Positions 39,604 through 56,011 of a stretch of 64,000 nt of DNA are shown here, one piece after another. Position 1 is the first letter of the stretch. Each line of letters begins with the position of its first letter. The translations under genes were made by a program, and so were the position numbers. This stretch comes from the human T2T-CHM13v2.0 reference genome, Homo sapiens, in NCBI RefSeq assembly GCF_009914755.1, contig NC_060929.1, one strand, 5' to 3'. The notes beneath the pieces were generated by a model. That model was not told the DNA's origin, ran no database searches, and saw nothing but the letters and a program-made list of their open reading frames with translations.

Positions 39604-40170
39604 GGTATCAGTTTTCCATCACTACTGTAATAAATTACCATAAACTTATGGACTGAAAACCACACAAACTTATTATCTAATTGCTATATAGGCCAGAAGT
39701 CCAATGTGGGTCTCTTTGAGCTAAAATCAGGGTATCCACAAGCCATGTTCCTCTCTAGAGGATACTCCATTTTCTGCTCAAACTGTTGGAATGATTTGGT
39801 TCATTTCATTTGTAGGGGACAGAAGTCTCCAATTTCTTGCTGGCTGTAAACTGAAGGCTGTTCTCAGTTTCTGGAAGATACCTGCATTCCTTGGCTCCTG
39901 GCCCCTTCCTCCATCTTCAAAGCAAGCAATGACTGGTCAAGTCCTTCTCATACCTCTTCTCTCTGACGCACTCTTCTGACCTCCTGTTCCATTATTCAGG
40001 ACTCATATGATCAGAATGGGCCTACCCAAATAATCCAGGATAATCCCCCCATGTCAAGATTCTTAACCTTAATAACTTCTGCAAATCCTTTTTGTCATGT
40101 AATGTATTCACAGGTTCAAGATGTTCCAATGTGGATATCTTTGGTGGGGGGCATTATTTTGCCTACTACA
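39604..40170 (-). mobile_element. MLT1E-like MaLR LTR
   Basis: GTATCAGTTTTCC...AAATTACCATAAACTT...CTTCCTCCATCTTCAAAGC...GGGGCATTATTTTGCCTACTACA. Confidence 0.75.
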
Positions 40171-42086
40171 AGGGCTGTGGGAGAGACTGCAGGCAGAACA
40201 CTAGTTACTCCATCAAATCTTGCATCTTCTTCCCACTCTCTTCCCATTCCCTCTGAATTTCTTTCTACAAACAAAGGTAGTCAGAGTCTCAGGTGGAGAC
40301 AGAGACAAACAACAGCTTAAAGATGAGGCCTCACTGTTAGGGTGAGTGATTGTTATTCTGAATGTTCCCAGGGACGGGAGGGTGGGGAAAGGAAGTTGTT
40401 GATAGGGAGATTGGACACATAATTATCCACTTGCCCCAGAGCTAGTTCTCTGCAGGGTTCATTGGGGTATCCAATGAACAGGCCCAAGATAGGACATGTT
40501 CATTTTCATATATGTTTTAAATATAAGACGTGTTTTAAAACTCTCCATATACTGTTCTCTTTATCAGTCCAGATGTTAAAATGAATCACTTGTATTAACA
40601 CTGTATGTGTGCTCTATGGTAAAACTAAGAACTCAATCTGGAAAAAACTAAAAACAATTATTTCATGAGTTCAAGATGGAAAAGTATAAACTCTTTCACT
40701 TATTGAGATCAATGTGCTTTGATTCTCAAATGACTTTTTCTCTCTCCAGTAACTTGCTCCTAAGAAGATAGTTTTCCACTAGAGTTGTTCCTTGCTTTGT
40801 GCATTTCATGGTAGGCCCAAGTGAGGGTAACCCTGTCTATGAAAAAATTTGGGGAATTTAACAGGCTTTTTCTAGATTGGCTTGTTGGGACTGGCATCAG
40901 GAGAATTAGGCTAAGGTGACTAAATCTTTGAGTAAAGACAGTAATGACCTTTGGAGCCGGAAACCTTAGGATTGCTTGGGGCTGGAGTAGAGGAAGAGAG
41001 ACACTTCTCCCTCCAAATCATCAGTTCTGAGAGTGAAGCATGACTAAGTTGATACCTTATGACCCATTTTTAGGCTTTTTCGGTGTTACCTTGCTTCTGG
41101 CCACCTGTCACAGGGTGGGTGCTTCAAAGACTGCTCTCTTCTATACTCCCCATTGTAAAGTGAACTAAATAGGATGATTCAGATAGGCTTGGAATGCCAG
41201 ATCTAACACAATGATGTCCCTCTACTCTTGAGTAGGCTAGGATATCTGAAATCACATTACCAAAGATTTTTATTTTGGACTCCAAACTGTTAAGATGCAA
41301 ATACCACAGATTAAGAAAAACAACCTTTCCCAGTCACTCATCTTTTGAACAAGATAATTATTTTATCAGAACTTTTCCAAAGAGTAGATTTGTATAAGAA
41401 GGATCATGGAGAAAGATCAAAAATGGGGATAAGCAGTGAAATCAGAAATAACAAAGACAAGGCATACTTACCAAAATTTTACCAAAAGCGATTTTTTCCC
41501 TTATTTTGTGACTTTATTTACTATGAAGCTTCTTAGAATTTTATCTTTCTAAAAGTTCCCTTAACTATTCAGTTTTAAAATAATACATACTCTAAAAACA
41601 TCTTGTAATAATAGGCCTCTGAGGCAAATAGAAAAAGAAAAAGATAGATAGAAAATGCATTTTACCAGATCTGGAGTTATCAATTAATTAAAAAAAACTA
41701 AAAACCTCTCATTATCTTTTTCTGGAAAGCTGTCACTTTCCAGAAACGTATCAGGAAAAATAAAATAAAATTTGGATAACATAGAAATCTTATTGTGGTT
41801 TTCACCACTCAGAATATCACACAACAATTTATATAATGGCTCTTGGATGCAGAGCTCTGCCAGATAAAATTTCTTAGACCACCAGAAGTTTACTCCCTGT
41901 CTATGTATACTCCCAGTATATCTCATTACATTATAGATAAAACAGTATTACAATTTAAAAACATCATTCAGAAACAATCAAGCTAACCTAGCTCATCCCT
42001 TTTGGTACATTCTGCCTAACTCTCATTACACTTCTTACTAGTGGAAGTAATTTTAAATTAGTGGAAGGAGTTCCACCTCATGCTGG

Positions 42087-42692
42087 TGAAGCAGCCTTGT
42101 TGTCTGGGTGACAACTGAAGTTTGTTGTCTCATGGCCACAGAGATCAAGGATGTGGATACACAAAGAGTGAGGTTAAGAGCAGAAATTTAATAGGCAAAA
42201 AAAGAGAATAGCTCTCTCCTACAGAGAGGGGTCCTGGAAAAATGGATGGCCGATCTGCCGTGAAATGTAAGGGGTTTTATACATGAGCTGGTGGGGAGGC
42301 GGTGTCTGATCTACATAGAGCACAAATAACTGGTTAGGGCCAGTTGTGCCATTTGCCTAGGGTGCAAATCTCTGGCAGTGCATACCCCCATCTTTAATTA
42401 TGCAGGCAGGTTTTCAGCATGAGCTGTACTATACTGCCCATTTCTTTCTTATTGTCCCTGGTGGACATGCCTGGCCCCCAGGTAGCCCTTTTTATTGGCA
42501 CAGCTGCTGGCATTCCCACATCCCCATGCATGCTTCTAGCTTCCTTATGTATGTTTCCAGCTCAATTTTTCAGGCTGCTTTTGATTAGAAAAAAATAATT
42601 TCTAGGGCTGCTTTTGTTACAAGGCAAGTTCTGGTGAGGACTCTTTTGCCCTCACTATCCGCCTAAATAATTTCCTTCTACCTCCTGTATCA
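42087..42692 (-). mobile_element. LTR9-family (HUERS-P3/ERV1) solo LTR
   Basis: The minus strand runs TGATACAGGAGGTAGAAGGAAATTATTTAGGCGGATAGTGAGGGCAAAAGAGTCCTC...CTGCTTCA with TG...CA ends and 4-bp TSD CTGG/CTTG. Confidence 0.8.
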
Positions 42693-43074
42693 CTTGTTTC
42701 TTGGTTTCACAGCCCAACTTCATTGGCCATTAGTGATGGGGCTCAGAGAAAAGAATAAAGCCTGGGTACCAATTGATCAACTTTTCCTTTTGAGCAGAAT
42801 CCCAAAGCACTTCAGGGGGCAAGCCACTGGTCTCCAATGAAACACAGTTCCCACAGACAGTCACAGGAATAGGATTCTGAATTCTTGAACTGTGTGTACT
42901 GCACTCTTCAACTTCACAAAACAAAACAAAAAAGAAAATGCAATCTGCCAATGTGAGGAAAGACCATCATCATTCTCTTATTTAAAAGTTGTGAGGATGA
43001 GGCACAAAGCACAACACAGACTCTCCTGTTTGACTATGCATATCCATAACATTAATCAAATTTTATTCATAGTT

Positions 43075-43320
43075 TATTTATTTATCATGTAGTACTTATT
43101 CTCTGCCAGGCACTAGTCTAAGTGTTTTTATAAATATTAACTTAATCTTCATAAGAATCCTGTGAGGAAGAAATTATTACTAAATCTATTCTATAAATGA
43201 AGAAATTGGGGCACAGAAAAGTTAAATAACTTGTCCAAAGTCACAAATTTGGTTAAGTGATAGAATCAGAATGTAAACCCAGGCAGTCTGTGCTCTTGAT
43301 CATATGCTAAGTTGCTTCTC
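43075..43320 (-). mobile_element. MIR (near full length)
   Basis: TGCCAGGCACTAGTCTAAGTGTTTT...ATGAAGAAATTGGGGCACAGAAAAGTTAAATAACTTGTCCAAAGTCAC...AACCCAGGCAGTCTG. Confidence 0.85.
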
Positions 43321-44546
43321 ATTCTCTAATAATAAAATAATAACATATTTTGTATGACTTAATATTTCAGTACTGAAATCACCTTCTTTTTCAAAACCTG
43401 CTTTTACTCTGATATTACTGATTCTGGTTACCGGTATAACAAACCTAACAAGTTACCTAAGCCAAATATTCTCATCATAACTCCTTAAAGCTAACCTGTC
43501 ACTGGAACATATCAACACTATTTCCCACATATCTCTCAATCTTTCCTTCATTCTTGGTTGCTGCTGCTATGGCCCTGTTACCGCCTGGGTCTCCGGCAAT
43601 AAACTCCATCCATGATTGCCCTGTCACTTTTCAATCCTTTGTTCATTCTTTCTCCAATAATTCTAAACCAATATCATGTTATTCACACTCATGAAAACCC
43701 TCACATAATTTTCCACCCTCTATACCTGTGATTCTTGAGGTGTTTCTCCATGGATCACCAACATCAGAATCACTCTAAGGATCTTCAAAAAATAGAGATT
43801 TGCTTGCTGTTTAGAAACAAACTTTAAGCAACTGACAGCAGGGAGATTGGGAGTTGGTTGTGTTAGTTAATCTGCTTTTGTAACCATGTGACAGAAACCA
43901 GCATGAACTGGGCAAATGGAAATGAAAATCTTATGTGCAATAATACTCAAATATTTTACAAAACTCAGCCTTAAAGAAGCAACTGGACATGAGACAATTT
44001 GAACACTGTTTGGAATCTCCCATTCCTAAGCTTTGTTCCATTTATCACTCTTGCTACACATGACCAAAAACATGGTTGATATAACTCTTACGTTTTAGGT
44101 TTTACAGTTGAAGACTCTAAAGGGGCCCTAATTGAACTCTCAGGGAAGAAGCTCAGACCAAGTTGAGTTGGGTGTTCCCCCCTCACCAACTAGTGTTACC
44201 AGGTACCACACATAGGGCCACACTGGAGTATGGCATCCCCAGCTACAGCTATGTGAAAGAGAGGGACAACTGAGAGGACATGCCTTAGGCATCCACCACA
44301 ATCACTTCATTGATATTGAAGCAAGGAGGACAGTTTAAACGGTGGGTAACTCAGGTTAGAGATATGGAACTGGATCATTGAACAGGAAGACTCAGACGAG
44401 GACTAGACTAGAGACAGTCCTAAAACCTCCCCTGGTGAAGGCCTTTACCAATACCCAAGAAGAACTGACCATTAAACCCAAGCTTAGCTGTATGTTATTT
44501 ATCATTTTCTGTTATGTCTGCTAAAATTAAATATTCATATAATAGA

Positions 44547-44916
44547 TGTACTAGTTCATTCTCTCATTGCTATAACTGCCCAAGACTGGGTAATTTATGA
44601 AGAACAGAGGTTTAATTGACTCATAGTTCTGCATGGCAGGGAAGGCCTCAGGAAACTTGTAATCATGGCTGAAGGGAAGAAGCATATCTTACATGGCGGC
44701 AGGTGAGAGAGAGCAACAGGGTGAAGGAGGAATGGTCAGGCACTTATAAAACCATCATACCTCATGAAAACTCACTCACTATCCCAAGAACAGCACGGGG
44801 GACACTGCATCCATGATTCAATCACCTCCCATCAGGTCTCTCCCTTGACACGTGGGGATTATGGGGATTACAATTCAAGATGAGATTTGGGTGGGGAACA
44901 AAGCCCAACCATATCA
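44547..44916 (-). mobile_element. THE1C/D MaLR solo LTR
   Basis: GAGGTTTAATTGACTCATAGTTC...CTTATAAAACCATCA...GATTACAATTCAAGATGAGATTTGGGTGGGG...CCATATCA, with TSD ATAGA/CTAGA. Confidence 0.88.
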
Positions 44917-45269
44917 CTAGATAAGAAGTTTGTTTCATGGCATAGTTTTAGATTTTAATGAATTTGTTTGCCGTTGTCTTAAAGGCCTTAGAAAAGGCAC
45001 TGTTCAGAAGACAGCAAATGGCTACAGTGAAAATGGTAAGAGGTCGACAGTCAGATAGGCCTGTCCCCCACCCCCCTGCCACTTGAGCACTTCTCTCATC
45101 CATGGGCTTTGTAACCAAGCAAGGGCTCTGACCATCTGCAAGCTTCAGATGCTCACAAACTTTTCTTGATCATGGCACTCCATTCATGTATTTTATGTTA
45201 TTTAGCCTAAGTTGTAATTACTCATTCAGCGAATACTCCTTCAACCCCCACTATGTGCCAGACACTGTT

Positions 45270-45652
45270 TGATATAGTTTGGATGTTTTGTCCCCTCCAA
45301 GTCTCATGTTGAAATGTGACCACCAATGTTAGAAGTCTGGCTTAATGGAAGATGTTTGGATCATGGGGGCAAATTATCTCATGAATGGCTTTGTGCCTTC
45401 CGCATAGTAATGAGTTCACTTGAAAGCTGGTTGTTTAAAGAGCCTGGCAACTGCCCCTGCTCCCACCCCACCTCTTGCTCCCTCTCTTGCCATGTGACAT
45501 GCTGGCTCCCCCCTTTTGCCTACTGCCGTGAGTATAAGCTTGCTGGGGCCTCACCAGAAACCAAACCAAATACATGAGCCAAATACATCTAGTTTTTTGA
45601 AGGTTACCCAGTCACAAGTATTTCTTTATAGCAACAAAAATGGACGAACACA
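45270..45652 (+). mobile_element. MSTB MaLR solo LTR inserted in an L2 end
   Basis: TGATATAGTTTGGATGTTTTGTCCCCTCCAAGTCTCATGTTGAAATGTGA...CTTTATAGCAACAAAAATGGACGAACACA, with TSD CTGTT/GTGTT. Confidence 0.88.
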
Positions 45653-45959
45653 GTGTTCTAGGAAGATCAGATAAAGCACTGAGGATAAAAGATCCCTTCC
45701 CTCATGAAGCTTGCATTCTAATGGAGAAAATAGTTTAACAAAATATATAAGCAAAATTGCAGTATGTTAAGTGCTCAATGATAAGGATAAATTCAAAGCA
45801 TAGAAAGGTTGGCATTTTTTGAAAATATTTTTCTGTATACTTACTGTCTGTCCTGTCTTCTAGACTGGAAATATCTTAAGTACAGGTACAGTTTATTCCC
45901 ACCATATACTCAGTGCCTGATCCCATGTAGTAGATGCTAAATGAATCTTTGTTGGTGCT

Positions 45960-46348
45960 TACATTAGTCTGCTCAGGTTGCCGTAATGATATACCGTAGA
46001 CTGGACAACTTAACAAAAATTTATTTTCTCACAGCTCTGGAGGCTAGAAATCCTAGATTAAGGGGCCAGCATAGTTGAGCTTTGGTGAGAGTTCCTTCCT
46101 GACTTGCAGAAAGCCAACTTCTTTTTGTAGTCCCATATGGCAGGGAGAGAAAGAAAGAGAGAGAGAGAGAAAAAGACAGTGCAAGTGCTCTGGCATCTTT
46201 TCTTGTAAGGGAACCAATCTTTTCATGAGGGCCCCATCCTCTTCTAACCCTAATTACCTCCCAAAGGTCAGTCTCCAAATATCATCACCTTAAGGGCTGG
46301 GGCTTCAACATATGAATTTGGGGAGATATAAACATTCAGTTTATAACA
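45960..46348 (-). mobile_element. MLT1A-like MaLR solo LTR
   Basis: TTCTCACAGCTCTGGAGGCTAG...TAATTACCTCCCAAAGG...TTCAACATATGAATTTGGGG, with perfect TSD GTGCT. Confidence 0.85.
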
Positions 46349-46637
46349 GTGCTTGAAATTAATATTCATTTCCTTAAGTAGAGGAATCTGAGCAAATTGG
46401 ATCCAAAATTCAGAGCATGTATTCTTGAGCCAGGGTGCATAGGTTTGAATTTCATCATCTACCATTTATTACCTGTGAGACACTAGGCAGATTTTTTTTT
46501 CACCTCTCTCTGTTTACTCATCTGTAAAATGGGTACCTACCTCATTGGGTTATGAGAATTAAACGTGTTAATACCTGGCACAAAACTCCATATATGATTT
46601 TTTAAAATTAAAATGTGTCTAAGTGGGTAGAATAAGT

Positions 46638-47043
46638 ATATTCATTTTCCAGAGCTCTCATAAGAAATACCACAGACGAGGTGGCTTAAACAATAGAAAT
46701 ATGTTTTCTCATGATTCAGGAGGCCAGAAGTCCAAGATCAAATATGTCAGCAGGTTCAGTTTCTTTTGAGGCCTCTTTCCTTGGCTTGCAGATGGCATGG
46801 CTACTTCTCATTGTGTTCTTGCATGGTCGTCCTTCTGTCTGTGCATTTTTCTGGTTTCATTCCTTGTGTATCCAAATCTTCTCTTTTTATAAGAACATCA
46901 GTCATATTGGATTAGGGACCATCATAAAGACTTCAACTAAATCCTTTAAGACCATCTCTAATCGTGGACACATTCTAAGGTACTAGGGTTAGGACTTAAC
47001 ATATGAATGGATTACAGAGGTAGATACAATTTAGTGCATAACA
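46638..47043 (-). mobile_element. MLT1B-like MaLR solo LTR
   Basis: AAATACCACAGACGAGGTGGCTTAAACAATAG...AGTCATATTGGATTAGGG...CACATTCTAAGGTACTAGGGTTAGGACTT. Confidence 0.8.
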
Positions 47044-47058
47044 CTAGGAACATAAGCC

Positions 47059-47161
47059 TTTTTTTTTTTTTTTTTTTTTGAGACAGGGTCTTACTCTATC
47101 ACCCAGGCTGGAGTGCAGTGCCGTGATCATGGCTCATTGCAGCCTCAACATCCCAGGCTCA
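47059..47161 (-). mobile_element. AluJ, 3' part (polyA and right-arm end), split by the L1 insertion
   Basis: T-run then GAGACAGGGTCTTACTCTATCACCCAGGCTGGAGTGCAGTG...TGCAGCCTCAAC; continues after the L1 at 53333. Confidence 0.92.
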
Positions 47162-47613
47162 TAGAGGCAGCCAAGATGGCTGAATAGGAACAGCTCCGTT
47201 CTACAGCTCCCAGCGTGAGCGATGCAGAAGACGGGTGATTTCTGCATTTCCATCTGAGGTACCGGGTTCATCTCACTAGGGAGTGCCAGACAGTGGGCAC
47301 AGGACAGTGGGTGCAGCGCACCGTGCATGAGCCGAAGCAGGGCGAGGCATTGCCTCACTCGGGAAGCGTAAGAGATCAGGGAATTCCCTTTCCTAGTCAA
47401 AGAAAGTGGTGACAGACGGCACCTGGAAAATTGGGTTACTCCCACTCTAATACTGTGCTTTTCCGACAGGCTTAAAAAACGGCGCACCAGGAGATTATAT
47501 CCCACACCTGGCTCAGAGGGTCCTACACCCACGGAGTCTCCCTGATTGCTAGCACAGCAGTCTGAGATCAAACTGCAAGGTGGCAGCCAGGCTGGGGGAG
47601 GGGTGCCCACCAT
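47134..47613 (-). CDS. LINE-1 antisense ORF0, extended to 159 aa by read-through into the TSD/Alu flank (translation unproven)
   Basis: ATG at 47613 in GCAATGG context. [39 protein letters not shown]... matches the L1 ORF0 N-terminus, and the frame is open to the stop at 47134 in the ORF track. Confidence 0.5.
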   Translation of the reverse strand: MVGTPPPAWLPPCSLISDCCASNQGDSVGVGPSEPGVGYNLLVRRFLSLSEKHSIRVGVTQFSRCRLSPLSLTRKGNSLISYASRVRQCLALLRLMHGALHPLSCAHCLALPSEMNPVPQMEMQKSPVFCIAHAGSCRTELFLFSHLGCLYEPGMLRLQ

Positions 47614-48198
47614 TGCCCAGGCTTGCTTAGGTAAACAAAGCAGCCTGGGAAGCTCCAACTGGGTGGAGCCCACCACAGCTCAAGGAGGCCTCCCTGCCTC
47701 TGTAGGCTTCACCTCTGGGGGGCAGGGCACAGACAAACAAAAAGACAGCAGTAACCTCTGCAGACTTAAATGTCCCTGTCTGACAGCTTTGAAGAGAGCA
47801 GTGGTTCTCCCAGAACGCAGCTGGAGATCTGAGAATGGGCAGACTGCCTCCTCAAGTGGGTCCCTGACCCCTGACCCCCGAGCAGTCTAACTGGGAGGCA
47901 CCCCCCAGTAGGGGCAGACTGACACCTCACACGACCGGGTACTCCTCTGCAACAGAACTTCCAGAGGAACGATCAGACAGCAGCATTTGCGGTCCATGAA
48001 AATCCACTGTTCTGCAGCCACCTCTGCAGATACCCCGGCAAACAGGGTCTGGAGTGGACCTCTAGCAAACTCCAACAGACCTGCAGCTGAGGGTCCTGTC
48101 TGTTAGAAGGAAAACTAACAAACAGAAAGGACATCCACACCAAAAACCCATCTGTACATCACCATCATCAAAGACCAAAAATAGATAAAACCACAAAG

Positions 48199-49210
48199 AT
48201 GGGAAAAAACAGAGCAGAAAAACTGGAAACTCTAAAAAGCAGAGCACCTCTCCTCCTCCAAAAGATCACAGTTCCTCACCAGCAACGGAACAAAGCTGGA
48301 CAGAGAATGACTTTGACGAGTTGAGAGAAGAAGGCTTCAGATGATCAAACTACTACGAGCTACAGGAGGAAATTCAAACCAAAGGCAAAGAAGTTCAAAA
48401 CTTTGAAAAAAATTTAGACGAATGTATAATTAGAATAACCAATACAGAAAAGTGCTTAAAGGAGCTGACGGAGCTGAAAGCCAAGGCTGGAGAACTACGT
48501 GAAGAATGCAGAAGCCTCAGGAGCCGATGTGATCAACTGGAAGAAAGGGTATCAGTGATGGAAGATGAAATGAATGAAATGAAGCAAGAAGGGAAGTTTA
48601 GAGAAAAAAGAATAAAAAGAAATGAACAAAGCCTCTAAGAAATATGGGACTATGTGAAAAGACTGAATCTACGTCTGATTGGTGTACCTGAAAGTGACGG
48701 GGAGAATGGAACTAAGTTGGAAAACACTCTGCAGGATATTATCCAGGAGAACTTCCCCAATCTAGCAAGGCAGGCGACCATTTGGATGCAGGAAATACAG
48801 AGAACGCAACAAAGATACTCCTCAAGAAGAGCAACTCGAAGACACATAATTGTCAGATTCACCAAAGTTGAAATGAAGGAAAAAATGTTAAGGGCAGCCA
48901 GAGAGAAAGGCTGGGTTACCCACAAAGGGAAGCCCATCAGACTAACAGCTGATCTCTCGGCAGAAACTCTACAAGCCAGAAAAGAGTGGGGGCCAATATT
49001 CAACATTCTTAAAAGAATTTTCAACCCAGAATTTCATATCCAGCCAAACTAAGCTTCATAAGTGAAGGAGAAATAAAATACTTTACAGACAAGCAAATGC
49101 TGAGAGATTTTGTCACCACCAGGCCTGCCCTAAAAGAGCTCCTGAAGGAAGCACTAAACATGGAAAGGAACAACCGGTACCAGCCACTGCAAAATCATGC
49201 CAAATGGTAA
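48199..49210 (+). pseudogene. L1 ORF1p, disrupted
   Basis: ATG at 48199 is followed by a 1-nt deletion (ATGGGAAAAAACAG). There are in-frame stops (AGATGATCA about 48342; CTCTAAGAA about 48636) and a small deletion at about 49010. RRM-region peptide NLRLIGVPESDGENGTKLENTLQDIIQENFPNL is present. Confidence 0.92.
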
Positions 49211-49273
49211 AGACCATCGAGGCTAGGAAGAAACTGCATCAACTAATGAGCAAAATAACCAGCTAACATCATA

Positions 49274-53092
<3,819 letters not shown>

Positions 53093-53332
53093 ACAATGAG
53101 ACCACATGGACACAGGAAGGGGAACATCACACTCTGGGGACTGTTGTGGGGTTGGGGGACGGGGGAGGGATAGCATTAGGAGATAGACCTAATGCTAAAT
53201 GACGAGTTAATGGGTGCAGCACACCAGCATGGCACATGTATACATATGTAACTAAACTGCACATTGTGCACATGTACCCTAAAACTTAAAGTAGATTAAT
53301 AATAAAATAAAAAATAGAAAAAATAAAAAAAA

Positions 53333-53547
53333 AACATCCCAGGCTCAAGTGATCCTCATGCCTCACCCTCCCAAACAACTGGGACTACAGGTGCATGCCA
53401 CTATGCCCAGCTACCTATTAAATTTTTTATAGAGTTGAGGTTTCACTATGTTGCCTAGGCTGGTCTCGAGCTCTTGGGTTCCAGCAATCTTCCTTCCTTG
53501 GTCTCCCAAGGTGCTGAGATTACAGGTGTAAACTACCATGCCCAGTG
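53333..53547 (-). mobile_element. AluJ, 5' part
   Basis: CCCAGGCTCAAGTGATCCTC...GGGACTACAGG...GTGCTGAGATTACAGGTGT...CCATGCCCAG. The Alu TSD ACATAA(G/A)CCTTTT lies at about 47050 and 53549. Confidence 0.92.
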
Positions 53548-54563
53548 TACATAAACCTTTTAAACCCTCCGGTACATTATTTACTTTGGTTTCTATAGCA
53601 ACTTTCTAATGTGGCAGGATGACATGTATTACCATTATCCTCAGTGCACATATGAAGACGGAGGTTGGGTAAGCGTATTTCCAGGCAATTTTTTAAAAAG
53701 AAGAAAACTAAGGTTAACCATATGCAGAATTGTTACTTCAAATAAAGTACTGTATCCCCAAGATTACAATATCTCTATATGCTGTCACTTCCATGACTCT
53801 CAGTGAGATACAATTATAAGCTGCTGAAGTCCATTTGGAGAAGGCAGAGTGGGCCTGCTATGGGACAGATGCCTTGCACAATGCAGAGTAGCAGCCTATA
53901 ATTTGGACACTTCAATGAATATAAAGAATGGAAAAGAGGAAGTTAAGTACCTTAAAATATAGCTGAATGTGCTGGCATCTGGGATTTGCTTGGCTATTTT
54001 TCACTGAGACTGTTCACATCCAAATGAAGATATCCCTTTACCCAGGAAACTCGAACTTTAAAAAGTGCTGACGTGTCCATGGGCATTGCTGTTGAGATGT
54101 AGGCAGACTTGATAGCAACACATTCATATTTTTATAAATTTCTACTTCAGCTTTACCCAAGTACAAATTGGAAAAAGACTTCCCACAGCCACCTAGTTGA
54201 CTGGCCTAGAAAACACAATTCTGATTACTTCATAGCAGTATTCCCAGAGGTACCTTGTTACAGCAATTACAAAATCTTTGGAAATTGAAGGAAAAGTCCT
54301 GTCAAATGAATTACTAAAATGATTGTATTTTACAAGACTTACATGGAACAGCTGTTGTAGTATTGAAGGAAAACAATGACCTTAGAATGGGATCCTGAAG
54401 GCTATAGGTTTGAGGTGAGGGTCAGCTAAGGCAAGGGGCTTTTGGGTCTAGAAATGCTGTCATGCTTTTAGGTTGGAAGTCAGTCTCTTATCTTTTAAAT
54501 TATGAAGCATTAATGATTGCCAATAATTATCTTTAGTAAGATGCAATATTTTATTTTAGTCTG

Positions 54564-54950
54564 TGCATTAGTCTGTTTTCACATTGCTGTGAAGAGATAC
54601 CTGAGACTGGGTAATTTGTAAAGGAAAGAGGTTTAATTGACTCACAGTTCCCCATTGCTGGGTGCGGGGGGGGGGTCTCAGGAAACTTACAATCATGGTG
54701 GGAGGCAAAGGAGAAGCAAGGCAACTTCTTCACAGGGTGGCAGGATGGAGTGAGTACCAAGCAAAGGGGGAAGCCCCTTATAAAACCATCAGATCTCATG
54801 AGAACTCACTCACTATCATGAGAACATCATGGGGGAAACTGCCCCCACGATTCAATTACCTTCACCTAGTCCCACCTTTGACATGTGGGGATTACGGAGA
54901 TTACAATTAAAGGTGAGATTTGGGTGGGGACATAGAGCCAAACCATACCA
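54564..54950 (-). mobile_element. THE1D-like MaLR solo LTR
   Basis: TGCATTAGTCTGTTTTCACATTGCTG...CCCCTTATAAAACCATCAGATCTCATGAGAACTCAC...AGCCAAACCATACCA, with TSD GTCTG/GTCTA. Confidence 0.88.
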
Positions 54951-56011
54951 GTCTATGTCCCACTACTAGGTAATGGGTTGCAATGAAAAGTGTACAACCT
55001 GTTGTACATAGTATAGCATTGCTAGAAAAGTCTTTTCCATGCTGTCTTTCTCTCCTACTTCTCCTTCTGTGCTTTGCCCCAAGCAAACATAATGCACTGA
55101 AAAGGAGATGGATTGAGCTCTATTTCAAATGCTGGATTAAACCCTCAGATTTGCCTTCAGTCTCTCTCGAGACCTCATTGAAATAAGAACATAGGAGTAC
55201 AAAATGAGCAAATATGTAACTGCAAAGAGAACAAGAGTGGGGTTGTGATCATCAGTGGATTGATAGATTTCCATAAATATATAAAGACAGAAAATGAAAT
55301 GATGTCTATGGTCTATGTCACAGCAATCACTCATAAAATGCATGTCAGAGAAATTCTCACTTAGGCTGTAGGAGCATGTACACAGATGTTCATTGTATTA
55401 GGCTCTTCTTGCCTTGCTATAAAGAAATACCAGAGACTAGATAATTTATAAGAGAAGAATAACTGACTCATGGTTCTGCAGGCTGTACAGAAAGCATACT
55501 GCTGGTGTCTGCTTCTGGGGAGGCCCCAGGAAGCTTACAGTCATGACAGAAGGCAAAAGAGGAAACAGGTGTTTCACATGTTGGAAGCAGGAGCAAGAGA
55601 GAGTGGTGGAAGGTGCCACACACTTTTAAACAATCAGATCTCATGATAACTCACTCACTATACCAAAGACATTACCAAGAAGGTGGCACTAAACCACTCA
55701 TGAGGTATATACCCCCATGATCCTATCACCTTTCACCAGGCCTCACCTCCGACATTGGGGATTACATATCAACACAACATTTGGAAGGGACAAATATCTA
55801 AACTACATCATACTGCCCTTACTCCCCCTAAAACTTCATGTCCTTCTCACATTGCAAAATATAATCATCCCTTCTCAATAGTACCCCAAAGTTTTAACTC
55901 ATTTCAGCATTAACTCAAAAGTCCCAAGTCTCATTTGGAGATGATTTCCTTCTGCCTATAAGTCTATGAAGTCAAAACAAGTTATTTGCTTTCAAGATAT
56001 AATGGGGGTAC

